DNA of 63,610 bases, the filler included, from Octopus bimaculoides (taxonomy: Eukaryota), in the NCBI RefSeq assembly GCF_001194135.2. It is 5 parts of 5 records of this genome, joined end to end, with 100 filler letters (N's around TTAATTAATTAA, not from the genome) between each part and the next. Parts side by side here need not be neighbours in the genome. Positions count along the whole stretch, not along the records: positions 43,257 to 53,323 come from NC_069002.1; positions 53,424 to 63,610 come from NC_068988.1; 3 more parts are not named here. One strand, given 5' to 3'. The translations under genes were made by a program, and so were the position numbers. Below, in pieces: positions 48,600-61,274 of the stretch. Every line of letters starts with the position of its first letter. Position 1 is the first letter of the stretch. The notes below the pieces were generated by a model. The model had not been told where the DNA came from and searched no databases. It was given only the letters and a program-made list of their open reading frames with translations.

Positions 48600-49240
48600 T
48601 CCCCCCGATTTTTCTCTTTCAATTCTCTGAGTTCAAATCTCACAGAAGTCAACTTTGCTTTTCATTTTTTCGAGGTCGATAATAAGTGTCAATCCAGAGC
48701 AGTAGATTAGCAGGACTGTTTGAGGATCCAACAAAATGCTTTATTGTATCTGTTGGAGCTCTTTGAGTTCTAACAGCAATATCTATGACTATTACGGTAG
48801 CAAGCTCTGTCGATTAAAGTCAAAGGCCTTTTCCTTGGACAGACATAAGTGGCCTGGAGAAGGGGAGAGTTGTATGTATGAGTGACTGCTAGTCCTCTGA
48901 AAAATCTTGCCCAAGGCCTGTGCATATATATGTAGAGGTATGGTGAAACTTTTCGATGGAGGCCTTAAAAAACAGTGAAAGATCCCAGGAACCTGTGACC
49001 TGCATCAATAATTCATATATTGCTGCCGTTGTTGTTGTTTTGTCTATGGTCAGCCTTGAACAAAAAAACAACCGTTTCTACTAAAGGCACAAGATCTGGA
49101 ATATTGAGAAAGGGCCAAGTCGATTTCATCGAATCCCAGAACTCAACTGGCAAAATCTACCTCGGGCGGAATTTGAACTGAGAATGTAAAGACGGACGAA
49201 ATGCTGCTATGCATTTTGTCCGACATGCTAACGATTTTCA
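48600..49240. mobile_element. SINE family B fragments (about 48600-48690 + and 49070-49240 -) with an intervening family A fragment
   Basis: TCTGAGTTCAAATCTCACAGAAGTCAACTTTGCT on +. CTCGGGCGGAATTTGAACTGAGAATGTAAAGACGGACGAAATG on -. Confidence 0.7.
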
Positions 49241-50041
49241 CCAAGAAAATCAATGATCGGATGTAATTCAACTCAAAACCATCGTTCGTTTCTTCTCTTT
49301 CATTCTTTATAAGTCTGCCTAAGACTACACTATCAAATGAACCGGGGACCATGTGATTGGGAAGCAAGCTTCTTATCATACAGCCGCTCCTGTTTTTACC
49401 GGTCTATATATGCATGTATATATCGCTCTCTGTATGTGTAAACTAAATACGCCATACTTAAATGCTTGACAATATCTGTCATCGTAGTATTCCAGCAGAC
49501 GACTTCAGTCGATCAAATATTTCAAATATTTATTTATTTATTTACCAATTTATAAACTTCAAAGATCATCTCAGCAGAACTTGCCGAGAATTCTGATACA
49601 AAAATTATTCAAATTATCTTCTTTTCTCCATTTAAATTCACATCTCTGAGAAAATAAACGCATATCAATCTCTCATCAGCGAAGCTGATTGTCGACGGTT
49701 CAATTCTTATTATTTCGTAGTAACTTTTACTTCGTATGACAAACTTAACGACTTTTATATTTTTTTCGCAATATTTTTTCCCCAACATATTCTATGCAGT
49801 TTTGCGGTTTTCTTTTTCAAAATATCTGTTCTCCACCTCCTCATCACAAACCCTTCCTCTTACATCTTCCTTCCATTTTCAATCGGTGTCATTTAAATCT
49901 CTTACCAAGTTACTTCCACTAACGATGTCTTTTCTTTGTATTTTTTCCCCGTTTCTCCTCTTTTCTATTCTCCTTCATGTTTTTTCTCATCTTAATTCCA
50001 CCCCTACGCCATCTTCTTCTTTATCTCTCATACTCGCTTTG

Positions 50042-50091
<50 letters not shown>

Positions 50092-51112
50092 NNNNNNNNN
50101 NNNNNNNNNNNNNNNNNNNNNNNNNNNNNNNNNNNNNNNNNNNNNNNNNNNNNNNNNNNNNNNNNNNNNNNNNNNNNNNNNNNNNNNNNNNNNNNNNNNN
50201 NNNNNNNNNNNNNNNNNNNNNNNNNNNNNNNNNNNNNNNNNNNNNNNNNNNNNNNNNNNNNNNNNNNNNNNNNNNNNNNNNNNNNNNNNNNNNNNNNNNN
50301 NNNNNNNNNNNNNNNNNNNNNNNNNNNNNNNNNNNNNNNNNNNNNNNNNNNNNNNNNNNNNNNNNNNNNNNNNNNNNNNNNNNNNNNNNNNNNNNNNNNN
50401 NNNNNNNNNNNNNNNNNNNNNNNNNNNNNNNNNNNNNNNNNNNNNNNNNNNNNNNNNNNNNNNNNNNNNNNNNNNNNNNNNNNNNNNNNNNNNNNNNNNN
50501 NNNNNNNNNNNNNNNNNNNNNNNNNNNNNNNNNNNNNNNNNNNNNNNNNNNNNNNNNNNNNNNNNNNNNNNNNNNNNNNNNNNNNNNNNNNNNNNNNNNN
50601 NNNNNNNNNNNNNNNNNNNNNNNNNNNNNNNNNNNNNNNNNNNNNNNNNNNNNNNNNNNNNNNNNNNNNNNNNNNNNNNNNNNATATATATATATATATA
50701 GATAATATATATGTATATATACATATACATATATATGTATGAACATATGCACACATATATGTATACGTACATACATACATACATACATACATACATACAT
50801 ACATGCGTACATATTATATGTACTTACATTTAGATGTGCACATACAGGAACACATATAAGTAAATACAAAGAAACAAAGACACATACACGCACAAATATG
50901 CCTGCGTATATGTAGATGTGTGTGTGTGTGTATGTGTGTAAGTATGTATGTGTGTATGTATGTATGTACGTATGTACGTATGTATATATATAGATAATAT
51001 ATATATATACATATATATGTATATATGTATATTTATACGTGTTTATGTATCTGCGTTCGTATATATAGTACAGAGAGGGAGAGAGAGAGAGAGAGTTGTT
51101 GCCAAGATGCAT

Positions 51113-51155
<43 letters not shown>

Positions 51156-52052
51156 CACACACGCACACACACACACACCCTCACCAACAAGTATCTTTGA
51201 ATCTGCTTTAAAATATGCACAAGACGCTCAAATACACAACCAACCACCAAGAAGCAGAGAGAATTAGAGAGTGTGAGATAAAGAGAGTCGGAGAGAGAGA
51301 GAGATAGAGAGAGAGAGGAAGAGAAAGGAGGAAAGAAAGAAAAAGAATGAGAATAAGTGGGTGAATACGTAATCAGTCTCAATTCTGTATGATATGATAT
51401 ATATATATACATATACATATACATATATATATAGCGGCGTACGTACACTTTGTCTCTTATATGTAAGTACACATTTATATATATATATATATATATATAT
51501 ACGGAGAGAGAGAAAGAGAGAGAGGGAAGGAGATAGATAGAGAAAGAAAGAAAGAAAAGAAAGAAGGAAAGAAAGGAAGAATGAGAACGAGAATGCACGA
51601 GCGAATAGCAAATTGTTAATCAGTCTCTATTCTCTTCTCAAGCGACGTTTTTAACGTCTGCCCTCATTAAGATATCTCACAGAATCACACATCATTATTT
51701 CTTATTATTTATTATCCATCGATGTCTCGTACAATCTTGCAGTCGGTTCAGAGAAGTGAGTGACTATAGAACGGGCGATGTGTATTTATAGTCGCTTCTA
51801 AGTGACTCCATTAATTTTATCTGCTCTTCTTTACCGTTAACAGGAAATTGTACATCATAGTTAACAAGTCTATGAGGAACAAATTTGTTTCGCTCTTCCC
51901 TCCCACAGCCTTGTGTCCACGGGTTGGCATTAAATAAGGAAATATATCGAAGAACAATTTAATTGCTGTGTGATTCCTTCAAAACACTTTTGTCCAATTT
52001 AGAGGTGTTAACAGTGAAGAATATAACTTTCTTCTTTTGTGTCTTTTCCTTG

Positions 52053-52183
52053 TATCAGTCGTTAGACTGCGGCCATGCTGGGGCACCGCCTTGATGAATT
52101 TTCAGTCGAATGACTCGACCCCAGTACTTACTTTTTCTAAAGCCTAGTACGCATTCTATAGGCTTCTTTTGTCGAACTGCTAA
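52053..52183 (-). mobile_element. SINE family A 3' part
   Basis: GACTGCGGCCATGCTGGGGCACCGCC..GACCCCAGTACTTAC..TTTTGTCGAACTGCTAA. Confidence 0.85.
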
Positions 52184-52237
52184 TGAAGCGTTGCAGGAAA
52201 TTCCGAAGTCGTCTGGAGGCCGTGGTTGAAGCCAATG
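52184..52237 (+). mobile_element. Tc1/mariner (DD37D/maT-like) transposase C-terminal sliver
   Basis: KRCRKFRSRLEAVVEAN matches the AC..FR.R.E.V..A.G C-terminal motif. Confidence 0.55.
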
Positions 52238-52238
52238 C

Positions 52239-53038
52239 ATGATGGGAATTGAAGTTGAGGTATCGTCCAGTGAAGGTCGGCTTGCAGTATACAGATGTCC
52301 TGAATCCATACTTGGTGCGTGTTATTAATACGTCCAGGAATGCTAGCTGATTGTGTTTTACCTTTTCCACTGTGAACCATCCATACAGTGTACGGAGAGG
52401 GATTGCTCAGTGCCTAAAACATCGAGCAAGGAATATAAGTAGCGATTGTGATACACACCACGAAGAAATGATCAAGATCAGTAACAATCTATTAAGCAAC
52501 AACTATCCACTCCAATTATGAAGAAAAGAGAGGATGAAACCAATAAACTGTCCACAGTCTGTCTACCCTATGTGAAAGGCCTCTCCGTAAAGATACAAAA
52601 GATATGTGGCCCATATGACATCAGGACAGTATTCAAGAGTAATACAACACTTCGCAAATATCTCCTTCGAGTAAAACGACCAATAGAAGAGAATATGACC
52701 AAAGACTGCGTTTACTCCATCCCATGCAGCTGTGTAGGTTATACAAAGGCGAAACATGTCACCCCCTCAAGGTAAGGGTAGACGAATATCGCAGAGCTGT
52801 GACACGAGGAGATATTGATAAATCGGGTATAGCTGATCATGTATGGAAAAATGGAGACCACCTCCCCCTGTGGGATGAAGTTAAAATTATTGACAGAGAA
52901 CACCACTGGAAAATACTAAAACTAAAAGAAACAGCACATATGCTAGGAGACAACAATCTCCTAAGCAGATCGAATGCAGATATGAGCAGCATATGGGAAC
53001 CGGTATTAAGGAAGGATGGGAGAATATTAGATTTATAA
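52239..53038 (+). mobile_element. Penelope-like retroelement fragment (RT thumb plus GIY-YIG) with an inverted 5' segment (52239-52377 on -)
   Basis: Minus: FTVEK..LAFLDVLITRT..TSVYCKPTFTGRYLNFNSHH. Plus from 52378: HPYSVRRGIAQCL..LPYVKGLS..CVYSIPCSC/RLYKGETCHPLKVRVDEY..SGIADHVW..E (GIY-YIG). Confidence 0.92.
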
Positions 53039-53090
53039 GCCCTAAAATTCATATGGCGTAGTAGTTAAGAGCGCGGGATACTAACCCCAG

Positions 53091-53150
<60 letters not shown>

Positions 53151-54807
53151 TAATAATAATCCAAGGATGGAATTCATAACTATTTTAATGCATCGCTACA
53201 CGCGTTTCCACAACGTTTCCTGTAAAAGAAATTTAAGGATATGTATGTATGTATGTATTTATGTATGTATGTATGTATGTATGTATGTATGTATGTAGGT
53301 ATGTATGTATGTATATATATATANNNNNNNNNNNNNNNNNNNNNNNNNNNNNNNNNNNNNNNNNNNNTTAATTAATTAANNNNNNNNNNNNNNNNNNNNN
53401 NNNNNNNNNNNNNNNNNNNNNNNGGTAGTTCTTTGACTGTTATTTCTAAATTTTCAGTATGTTGGTGAAGCAACTCATGCTAGTCCCTGTATATTTATGA
53501 TTATATATATATATATATATATACATATATATACATACATACGCACACACACACACAAACAGAAACCTAGAAAGATTTAATTGAGAAAAATGTGTAATTG
53601 TTATCAGGAATTGTAGAGAGTTTTGGGAAATAGAAAGAGGAGGGAAATTATAAAGAATTTAACAAACAATATGGATAAAATGATTGAAAATATATGCATA
53701 ATTTTATTTAAATAAGAGTTTATAAAACAAAAGTATTCAACAATGAAGATTAAGACAACATTGTAGAACGAACAATGATGTGGTGGGACAGAATCAAGAA
53801 ATTGAAATTACGTTTTTGTGTTTCATAAAGTCATAAATATCTTCAGGCAATTGTAATTGTCGTTGGTTCCACCTGTTTGCCATAACGCTTTGTCCATCTT
53901 CTTAGTTATATTACAAATTAACTTTATGTCTAATTTTTTTGAGCTTCATCTGACTGTTTATCTGTGTATATTTCTCTTTCGGAATAAAAGTATCGTACTC
54001 GACTGTGTGGACATTGACGATTTGACAAGGTGGGGCGAACGTTCACCTTGTTTTGGCAACAGTACGTTGTTTTGTTTTTCACTGGAGGAAAACATACACG
54101 CACACACCTATCCTCGAATGCACAGTAATATACACAAAGAAGTACACGCATGGAGAATGAGAGGGAGAGAGAGACAGGGAGAGAGAGACAGGGAGAGAGA
54201 GAGAGGGAGAGTGCTGGAGGGAAAAAGAGAGGTACATTAAAATTTATGAATTGAACTCAATCGGAATAAACACATTCCAGTTTCTCATATACGTAAAGAG
54301 AAATATTCTCACACACACAAATAGAGAGAGAGTGAGTTGAGAGAGAAAAATTAGAACATGAAATGTCGCATACATCAAAGTCCCCTCAGCAACGCCAATT
54401 TGGCCGAAACGTCTTATACCCTCTTTTTCCATGTAATTTCTTAAATATTTAGTCTCTCAATATGTACGTCTATGCACCCATCTTTCTGTGACAGCACATT
54501 ACATTACAGATTTCTTATGCAGCTATTCTCTCGTAAACCACTCTTGAAGATGCACTTAACTGATACTTATATAATGATTTGCCTAATAAAGAAAATCATT
54601 ATGAATGTAGGTTCAAGCAAGCTTTCAATATCTTCTGCTGGAATCTCCATTCTTAATATCACGTTCGTCTTCTTTATTCTTTTCTTCCACTTATAAGTAT
54701 GTGTGTGTACGTGTTCATATCTGTACCTGTATCTATATCTATCTTTTTATATATGTATGTATTTATGTACCTATCTATCTATCTATCTATCTATCTATAT
54801 TAATATA

Positions 54808-54856
<49 letters not shown>

Positions 54857-54915
54857 GTATATATATATATGTGTGTGTGTAGGTGGTGTGTGTGTGGGGG
54901 TGGTGTGTGTGTGTG

Positions 54916-54948
<33 letters not shown>

Positions 54949-54951
<3 letters not shown>

Positions 54952-55321
54952 TGGCTGTGTGATAAGTAGCTTGCTTGCCAACCGCATGATTCCGGATTCA
55001 ATCCCAATGCCTGGCAACTTAGACAAGTGCCTTGTGAGTGGATTTGGTAAAAGGAAACTGAAAGAACACCGTGGTTTATACATATATGTTTGTGTGTGAG
55101 TGTGTGTGTGTACGTTTGTGTGTCTGTGTTTGTCCCCCCCCCCACCATCGCTTGACAAATGATGTTGGTGCGTTTACGTCCCCGTAACCTAGCGGTTCGG
55201 CAAAAGAAACCGACAGAATAAGTACTAGGCTCACAAAGAATAAGTCCTGGGATCGATTTGTTCGACTAAAGGTGGTGCTCCAGCATGGCCACAGTCAAAT
55301 GACTGAAACAATTAAAAGAGT
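54949..55321 (+). mobile_element. SINE family A, full length
   Basis: Head GTGGCTGTGTGATAAGTAGCTTGC, internal TG repeat, tail GAAACAATTAAAAGAGT. Confidence 0.9.
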
Positions 55322-55369
55322 ATATACGTATATATATATAAGGTTGTTCATCATTTTTGCAGTCTGCCA

Positions 55370-55512
55370 GCTTCTTGCAGTTTTCGTCTACCAAATCATT
55401 TTACAAGTCTTTGGTCAGCTCGAGGCTATAATAGAAGACACCTGCTCCAAGTACCACGCAGTTGGACTGAAACCGGATCCATGTGGTTAGGAAGCAAGCT
55501 TCTTGCGACACA
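55370..55512 (-). mobile_element. SINE family A 5' half, inverted to the adjacent copy
   Basis: TTTTCGTCTACCAAATC..CGAGGCTATAATAGAAGACAC..CCATGTGGTTAGGAAGCAAGC. Confidence 0.8.
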
Positions 55513-56554
55513 TTTATATCTATGCATGTATTTTATATAGTCATTCAGGAACGACTCGAAAATGTGTATGTATTTCTTCATTCGGTAGTGTACCAGTGTC
55601 TGTGGGACCAGTGCGCTTGTTTGTATTTAAGCAGAATACCCAGCAGTTCTTTTGAGAAATTTCGTCTAGACTGCCATTCATATATTTTTTTGTCACGTAT
55701 TTAGTTGTTTGATTTATTTTTTGTCACGTACTTCATTTTGCATTATTTATTATGAATTTATTTCTCTGTTGTATTTTTTTTCTTATTCATTATATATTTA
55801 TATATTTCGTTACTTGTTTATTTTAACTTCTTATTAACTCAAGCAGTTTGACCTCTGGAAACAGCGGGCTCGCTATTCTGTTCGCTGTTGCTTTAGAACG
55901 TATAATTTGAATATTGTCCGCATAATTCTGTCAATGAATAACACAAGACACTTACTGATATTTTAGCCATTTTGAATCTATTTTCGTTATGATACATTCT
56001 CTCCCTTTCTTTTTCTCTCTCTTCCTCTTCCCTCCCTCTTCCACCCTCTCTCTCTCTCTCTCCCTCTCATTCTGTCTCTCTCTCTCTAGTGTCCGATCTC
56101 TCATTCTTTCTCTTTCTCATTCACCTCCTTTCTTCCGGTTTTAGATATAAATCGTAATTCTATATGTAATATCTCTTTAATGAGTATACACTTGAACGGT
56201 TGGGTTCTTATAACATTCTGCTTCTAGATATTAATTATAATACTTAAATTGGCACGGAAGCGGAAAGTGTACGATTCCATATTCTTTCGTAGTATTTGCA
56301 GAGATCTTGATATAGTTGAGTTTCAATATGTGAAACTAAGAAGGAAAGCCGATACATGGACAACGTTCTTCAAAATGTGTAGGAGACATAAGCGGCAACA
56401 AAATGCTACGAACATTCTACATTAGTATACTTTGAGATATGCATATTCTATTTTGGTCAAGTTTACTCTCTTGCTACTCTGAGCTTCACTTGTGGCTGTA
56501 GACGACTTTCAAGGATTTTATGGCACGTGACTTGACCCAAATAATATATATTAT

Positions 56555-56768
56555 TGGTTTCAAATTTTCGCACAAGACTAGAAAGCTCTGAAGAGGTAAT
56601 AAGTGGCTTAGATCTATCCCAGTACTCAACTATTATTAACCGCTAAAGGATTAAAAATGAAAAGCAAAGTGAACCTCGGTGGAATTTGAACTCAGAACGT
56701 AATGACAGATGAAAGGACGTAGAACATTATTCTCAGCTTGCTAACGGTTGCGCCAGCTCGCTGCCTTA
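56555..56768 (-). mobile_element. SINE family B, full length, degenerate
   Basis: GCAAAGTGAACCTCGGTGGAATTTGAACTCAGAACG..GCCAGCTCGCTGCCTTA. Confidence 0.85.
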
Positions 56769-57127
56769 ATAATATATATTATTAATCTCTTCAATCGTGT
56801 CGAATACTCTTTTTTCTCACAGTCAACAGCAAACGGGTGTGTATATGTATGTATATGCGTGTGCGTATGTAGTTGTATGCGTTTGTGTGTGTGTGTGTGT
56901 GTGTGAGTCTATATGTGTGGGGGGGGGGATATCTTCGGTACACTGCTATGCCGCAATGCTCTCAAAGGAGTAAAGCTTTCATAACGCGAAACGGATGGCT
57001 ATACATCTCTTTGAAATGAATCTGAACATATTTTTAGTTTCTCAAATCTTGACGAGAGCAATCTTGAACATACACCGCGTCTCGACAACGAATGGAATTT
57101 ATTTGTAAGACATTTCAATATCGATTT

Positions 57128-57226
57128 TATGTGTGTGTGCATGTATGTATGTATGTATGGATGTATGTATGTATGTATGTATGCATGTCTGTATGTATGT
57201 ATCTATGCATGTATGTATGGGTAGAC

Positions 57227-57261
<35 letters not shown>

Positions 57262-57262
57262 C

Positions 57263-57324
<62 letters not shown>

Positions 57325-57512
57325 GAAGGTGTGTAGATAGGTAGGTAGGTACGTACGTACGTACGTACGTATGTACGTAAGTAGGCAGAGAGATAAAGAG
57401 AGAGTTAGGGAGTAAGAGAGAGTTAGAGTGTAAGAGAGAGTTAGAGTGTAAGAGAGAGAAAGAGAGAGAAAGAGAGATAGATAGATAGATACATACATAC
57501 ATACATACATTG
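57128..57512. repeat. Compound tetranucleotide field (ATGT)n(AGAT)n(ACGT)n with a short 18-bp unit repeat
   Basis: Visible tracts. AGAGAGTTAGAGTGTAAG-like unit x3 at about 57398-57452. Confidence 0.9.
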
Positions 57513-58471
57513 ACAGATATAAATGTAGGTTTAGGTATATCAATTTATAGATAATGAAGATATATAAATACATTACGAAATAGACATATGCGCTTAAATA
57601 TAATAATAATATATGTAAATAATATAGATATAGAAAAGATATTTCTTAATTAAATGTGAACAATTTTTCTTCTTTTCTTTCGTCAGATTGTTTCTAACAA
57701 CGCAGTCATCCGAAACTTCTGTCTCTCTCCTAACATTTCAGCCATCCATACTCTCTCACAACCACACAACACAGCACAAATTGTATTGATAGGAACTGAA
57801 CAAACAGGACAATAATGTATCTGTGTAAAGAAACACATAATACAAGCAACAGTGACGGAAGCATCTCATTTAAATTTTCAAACATTGACTTTGATAAGAA
57901 GTGTTACTGACACATCGGGAGATATAGAGTCTATCAAGTTTTAAAATTTTCTGGAAAGTAATATCGATGAGCTTGTGAATATAAACATGGGCTGAACATG
58001 TATAAAAGTGACAGTCATGCTATAGCGGCCATGGATACATGTCATTTACTGGTTAAAGTGAAAGTGAAAGTTGGACATGTTTTATACGAGAAGACTTGTG
58101 GCATGTTGATCAAGGAAAGTCCAGGTCGTTCATCACTAATATATAGATGTACAACGTTGTATTCTTGATATCTAGATATCCCTTTACCTCTATGTTTGTC
58201 CAACTATTGAAGTGTTTACAGACAAATACACAAATGCAGGTACTCACCCGTACATATTAGAATAAATATATAAACGACTATCCTGATTTGTATTTATTTT
58301 TGTTTGTTTTGTTTTGTTTTTTCAGTTTTTTTTTTGGCGCGCTGCTTATATATCCTCACTCGCATTACTATAAGCTCTAAAGCATACGTAGTCACGCGTT
58401 TGTCTAGCATATTTATGTATCTATCTATCAATCAATTGCTTTTTTATCCGTCCGTCTAGTTTGTATATTAA

Positions 58472-58518
<47 letters not shown>

Positions 58519-58577
58519 TAAAGAACTTCCTATTACCTTGGAAGGAGAAGTTTGATCTTTAAAATGTGGTACTTATC

Positions 58578-58885
58578 CAGGATTCTGCACCATACCCTGG
58601 GTCAAAAGCAACATAGGCCTTCCTTTGTGAAAAGGTACCATTTATTTTGTGAGGGCCAACATTTGGCCCAGTAATAGTTCAGATCTCAAAATTGTTGATT
58701 ACTTTTAGTGGGGAATACTTGAAGCAAGGAGCAATGCTTCACTACACTCGAGTGTCAACAGTTTGATGACCTGCGTCGTGCGTGAGACACGCAAAATCAA
58801 AAAGGCGAGGATTGCGGCAGCTGCAAAAACAGTTCGTTCTCGCATGGAGATAGTAATTTCCCAAAAGGGCGGCCATATTGAGTGA
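58578..58885 (+). pseudogene. Tc1/mariner DD37D (maT-like) transposase C-terminal remnant
   Basis: QDSAP..(frameshifted GSKAT*AFL.EKVP)..IWPSNSSDLKIVDYF*WGILE..SVNSL..RSRMEIVISQKGGHIE*. Confidence 0.8.
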
Positions 58886-59202
58886 TAAATATTTTAGTTG
58901 TAATAAATGTTACATTAATATTATATCTGTCTACTACCATTATTTTAATATTTATAATCAGTTTTATGCATCATAAAAATTGTTTCAATTTAACTGTAAG
59001 TTGCTCTACATAATGGAAAGCTACTATCTCTCAGGACGGTGGAATGTAATTTGAGAGAGAGTTTTAGCTACTATTTCGGTTAGTTCTAGCGACGAAGTTG
59101 AGGTTGTTTCTATACTTCGAATAAGCTTTTGTTGTATACGTGCGTAATGGCTGCGATGAAAATGATGACGGTGACGATAAAGTCTATGATAAGGTTACCG
59201 AT

Positions 59203-59839
59203 GGAGAAGAAGAAGAAGAAGAAGAAGAAGAAGAAGAAGAAGAAGAAGAAGAAGAAGAATGAGGAGGGGAGGAGGAGGAGGAGNNNNNNNNNNNNNNNNN
59301 NNNNNNNNNNNNNNNNNNNNNNNNNNNNNNNNNNNNNNNNNNNNNNNNNNNNNNNNNNNNNNNNNNNNNNNNNNNNNNNNNNNNNNNNNNNNNNNNNNNN
59401 NNNNNNNNNNNNNNNNNNNNNNNNNNNNNNNNNNNNNNNNNNNNNNNNNNNNNNNNNNNNNNNNNNNNNNNNNNNNNNNNNNNNNNNNNNNNNNNNNNNN
59501 NNNNNNNNNNNNNNNNNNNNNNNNNNNNNNNNNNNNNNNNNNNNNNNNNNNNNNNNNNNNNNNNNNNNNNNNNNNNNNNNNNNNNNNNNNNNNNNNNNNN
59601 NNNNNNNNNNNNNNNNNNNNNNNNNNNNNNNNNNNNNNNNNNNNNNNNNNNNNNNNNNNNNNNNNNNNAAGGAGAAGAAGAAGAAGAAGAAGAAGAAGAA
59701 GAAGAAGAAAAAGAAGAAGAAGAAGAAGAAGAAGAAGAAGAAAAAGAAGAAGAAGAAAAAGAAGAAGAAGAAGAAGAAGAAGAAGAAGAAGAAGAAGAAG
59801 AAGAAAAAGAAGAAGAAGAAGAAGAAGAAGAAGAAGAAG

Positions 59840-59868
<29 letters not shown>
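59203..59868. repeat. (GAA)n/(GAG)n purine tract spanning a gap
   Basis: Visible; source of the poly-Lys/Phe/Ser pseudo-ORFs. Confidence 0.95.
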
Positions 59869-59870
<2 letters not shown>

Positions 59871-60399
59871 CGCCACTGACGCCGACAACGCAGAACACGT
59901 AGACGATGTCTATGGAATAGAAAATGAAGATATAAAAATTACCTGAACTTGATGCAGAAAAGGAACGGGAAGCAGGGGAAACACGCTGCCAAAAATGGTA
60001 AAAAATATATATACGTACAGAAAACAATAGAATACATTAAAAAAAGCATCAGAAAATAAAAATATAAGCTAACAGACATGATCACCACTGAAAAATGTTT
60101 TCGTTGTACTGGTAGCACGAAAAATTCCGAGCCGACATGTTCCATTTGATCATTAAGTTTTTAGATATTCTAACGTCTGTTTTTAGTTTTTGGTCGTCAG
60201 CTTGATTAAACACGATGAGGAGAAGTGGATCTTAGACAGATAGCTTACCTACAGTTGTAATAATGAAAAAGATAAAGAATTTCTATTAAATGTTGTATTT
60301 TCCTTTCATTTGTTGTGTAAGTCTGCAACGGTTGTTCATTTCTGGTGCAGCGAGATGTGATGCCATGATTGTTGATGTTAATAAAATTACAGTCATGGA

Positions 60400-60545
60400 T
60401 TTGGTTTCAAATGTCGGCACAAGCCAGCAGTTTTAGGAGAGTGAGTATGTCGAGTACATCGACAGCAGAGCTCAAACTGGTACTTATTTTAGCGGCTCCA
60501 AAAGGATGAAAGTCGACGTAGGCAGTATTTGAGCTCAGAACGTAA
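60400..60545 (-). mobile_element. SINE family B 3' part
   Basis: TTTCAAATGTCGGCACAAGCCAGCAG..CTGGTACTTATTTTAGCGG..GAGCTCAGAACGTAAA. Confidence 0.75.
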
Positions 60546-61198
60546 AAACATTTCGTAAGACATTACCAAACCAACTGAAAATATCACTTTCAACAGAGCA
60601 GTTCCATGAGAAAAATATCTGGTGTACCTTTGCCCGTACAGGGTTTCAGACGTTTAGAATATTGCTGCAAGAAGCAGAAATGAAAATAAAAACGTGAGCT
60701 TGAAGCAGCCGTTTTTACAAATGTTGCTCTTAAAGATTTTTAAACAAAAGAAAATATGGAGAGACGTTGACTTCAAACTTTCATTTCATATTTCAAAAAA
60801 TATTCAAGCAATAAATATTTAAAAAGAAAAGAAAGATCTGTTCGCTAGCTGATAATCGGAAACATGTAATTCAGAGAACAGGAAATTGGACCCTTTCGTT
60901 TATAATGTATACATATAGGTATAAACATGAGTATATATATACATTAATGGGTAGCTTTCAAGCTAGCTCCTGTGGAGGGCTCTTCATTAGGCCTTGAGCC
61001 CAACATTCACTTCATTCATTGGGTACATGTTGAATTTCATCAAACTTGACCAATATTTTTCAAGCAATATTTTTCATCAAAACAATATAATTTGTCGACT
61101 TAGAACTTATTGCAAGGCTGCATGCTAAACACTATTTTTTGTCTTTCCATTATGGAATGGGATCCCATAAAACTCAACAAATTTGTTAAAAAGGGAGA

Positions 61199-61274
61199 AG
61201 AGAACACGTTAAAATTTAAGAGAATGCATGAATTAAAATTCTCTTAAATTCTCTTAAATTTTAACATCTTCTCT
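61199..61274. repeat. 76-nt hairpin with a 27-bp stem
   Basis: AGAGAACACGTTAAAATTTAAGAGAAT vs ATTCTCTTAAATTTTAACATCTTCTCT (25/27; inner 18 bp perfect). Confidence 0.85.

Noticed and set aside
53055-53088. tRNA-like GGCGTAGTAGTTAAGAGCGCGGG and other A/B-box sequences
   Set aside because: These are truncated SINE heads; none forms a complete cloverleaf, so no tRNA gene is called.
54375-54420. GCCAATTTGGCCGAAACGTC, the right half of a hammerhead (similar GAAACG at 27357 and 36087)
   Set aside because: No CUGANGA and no stem I upstream; at best decayed or truncated copies.
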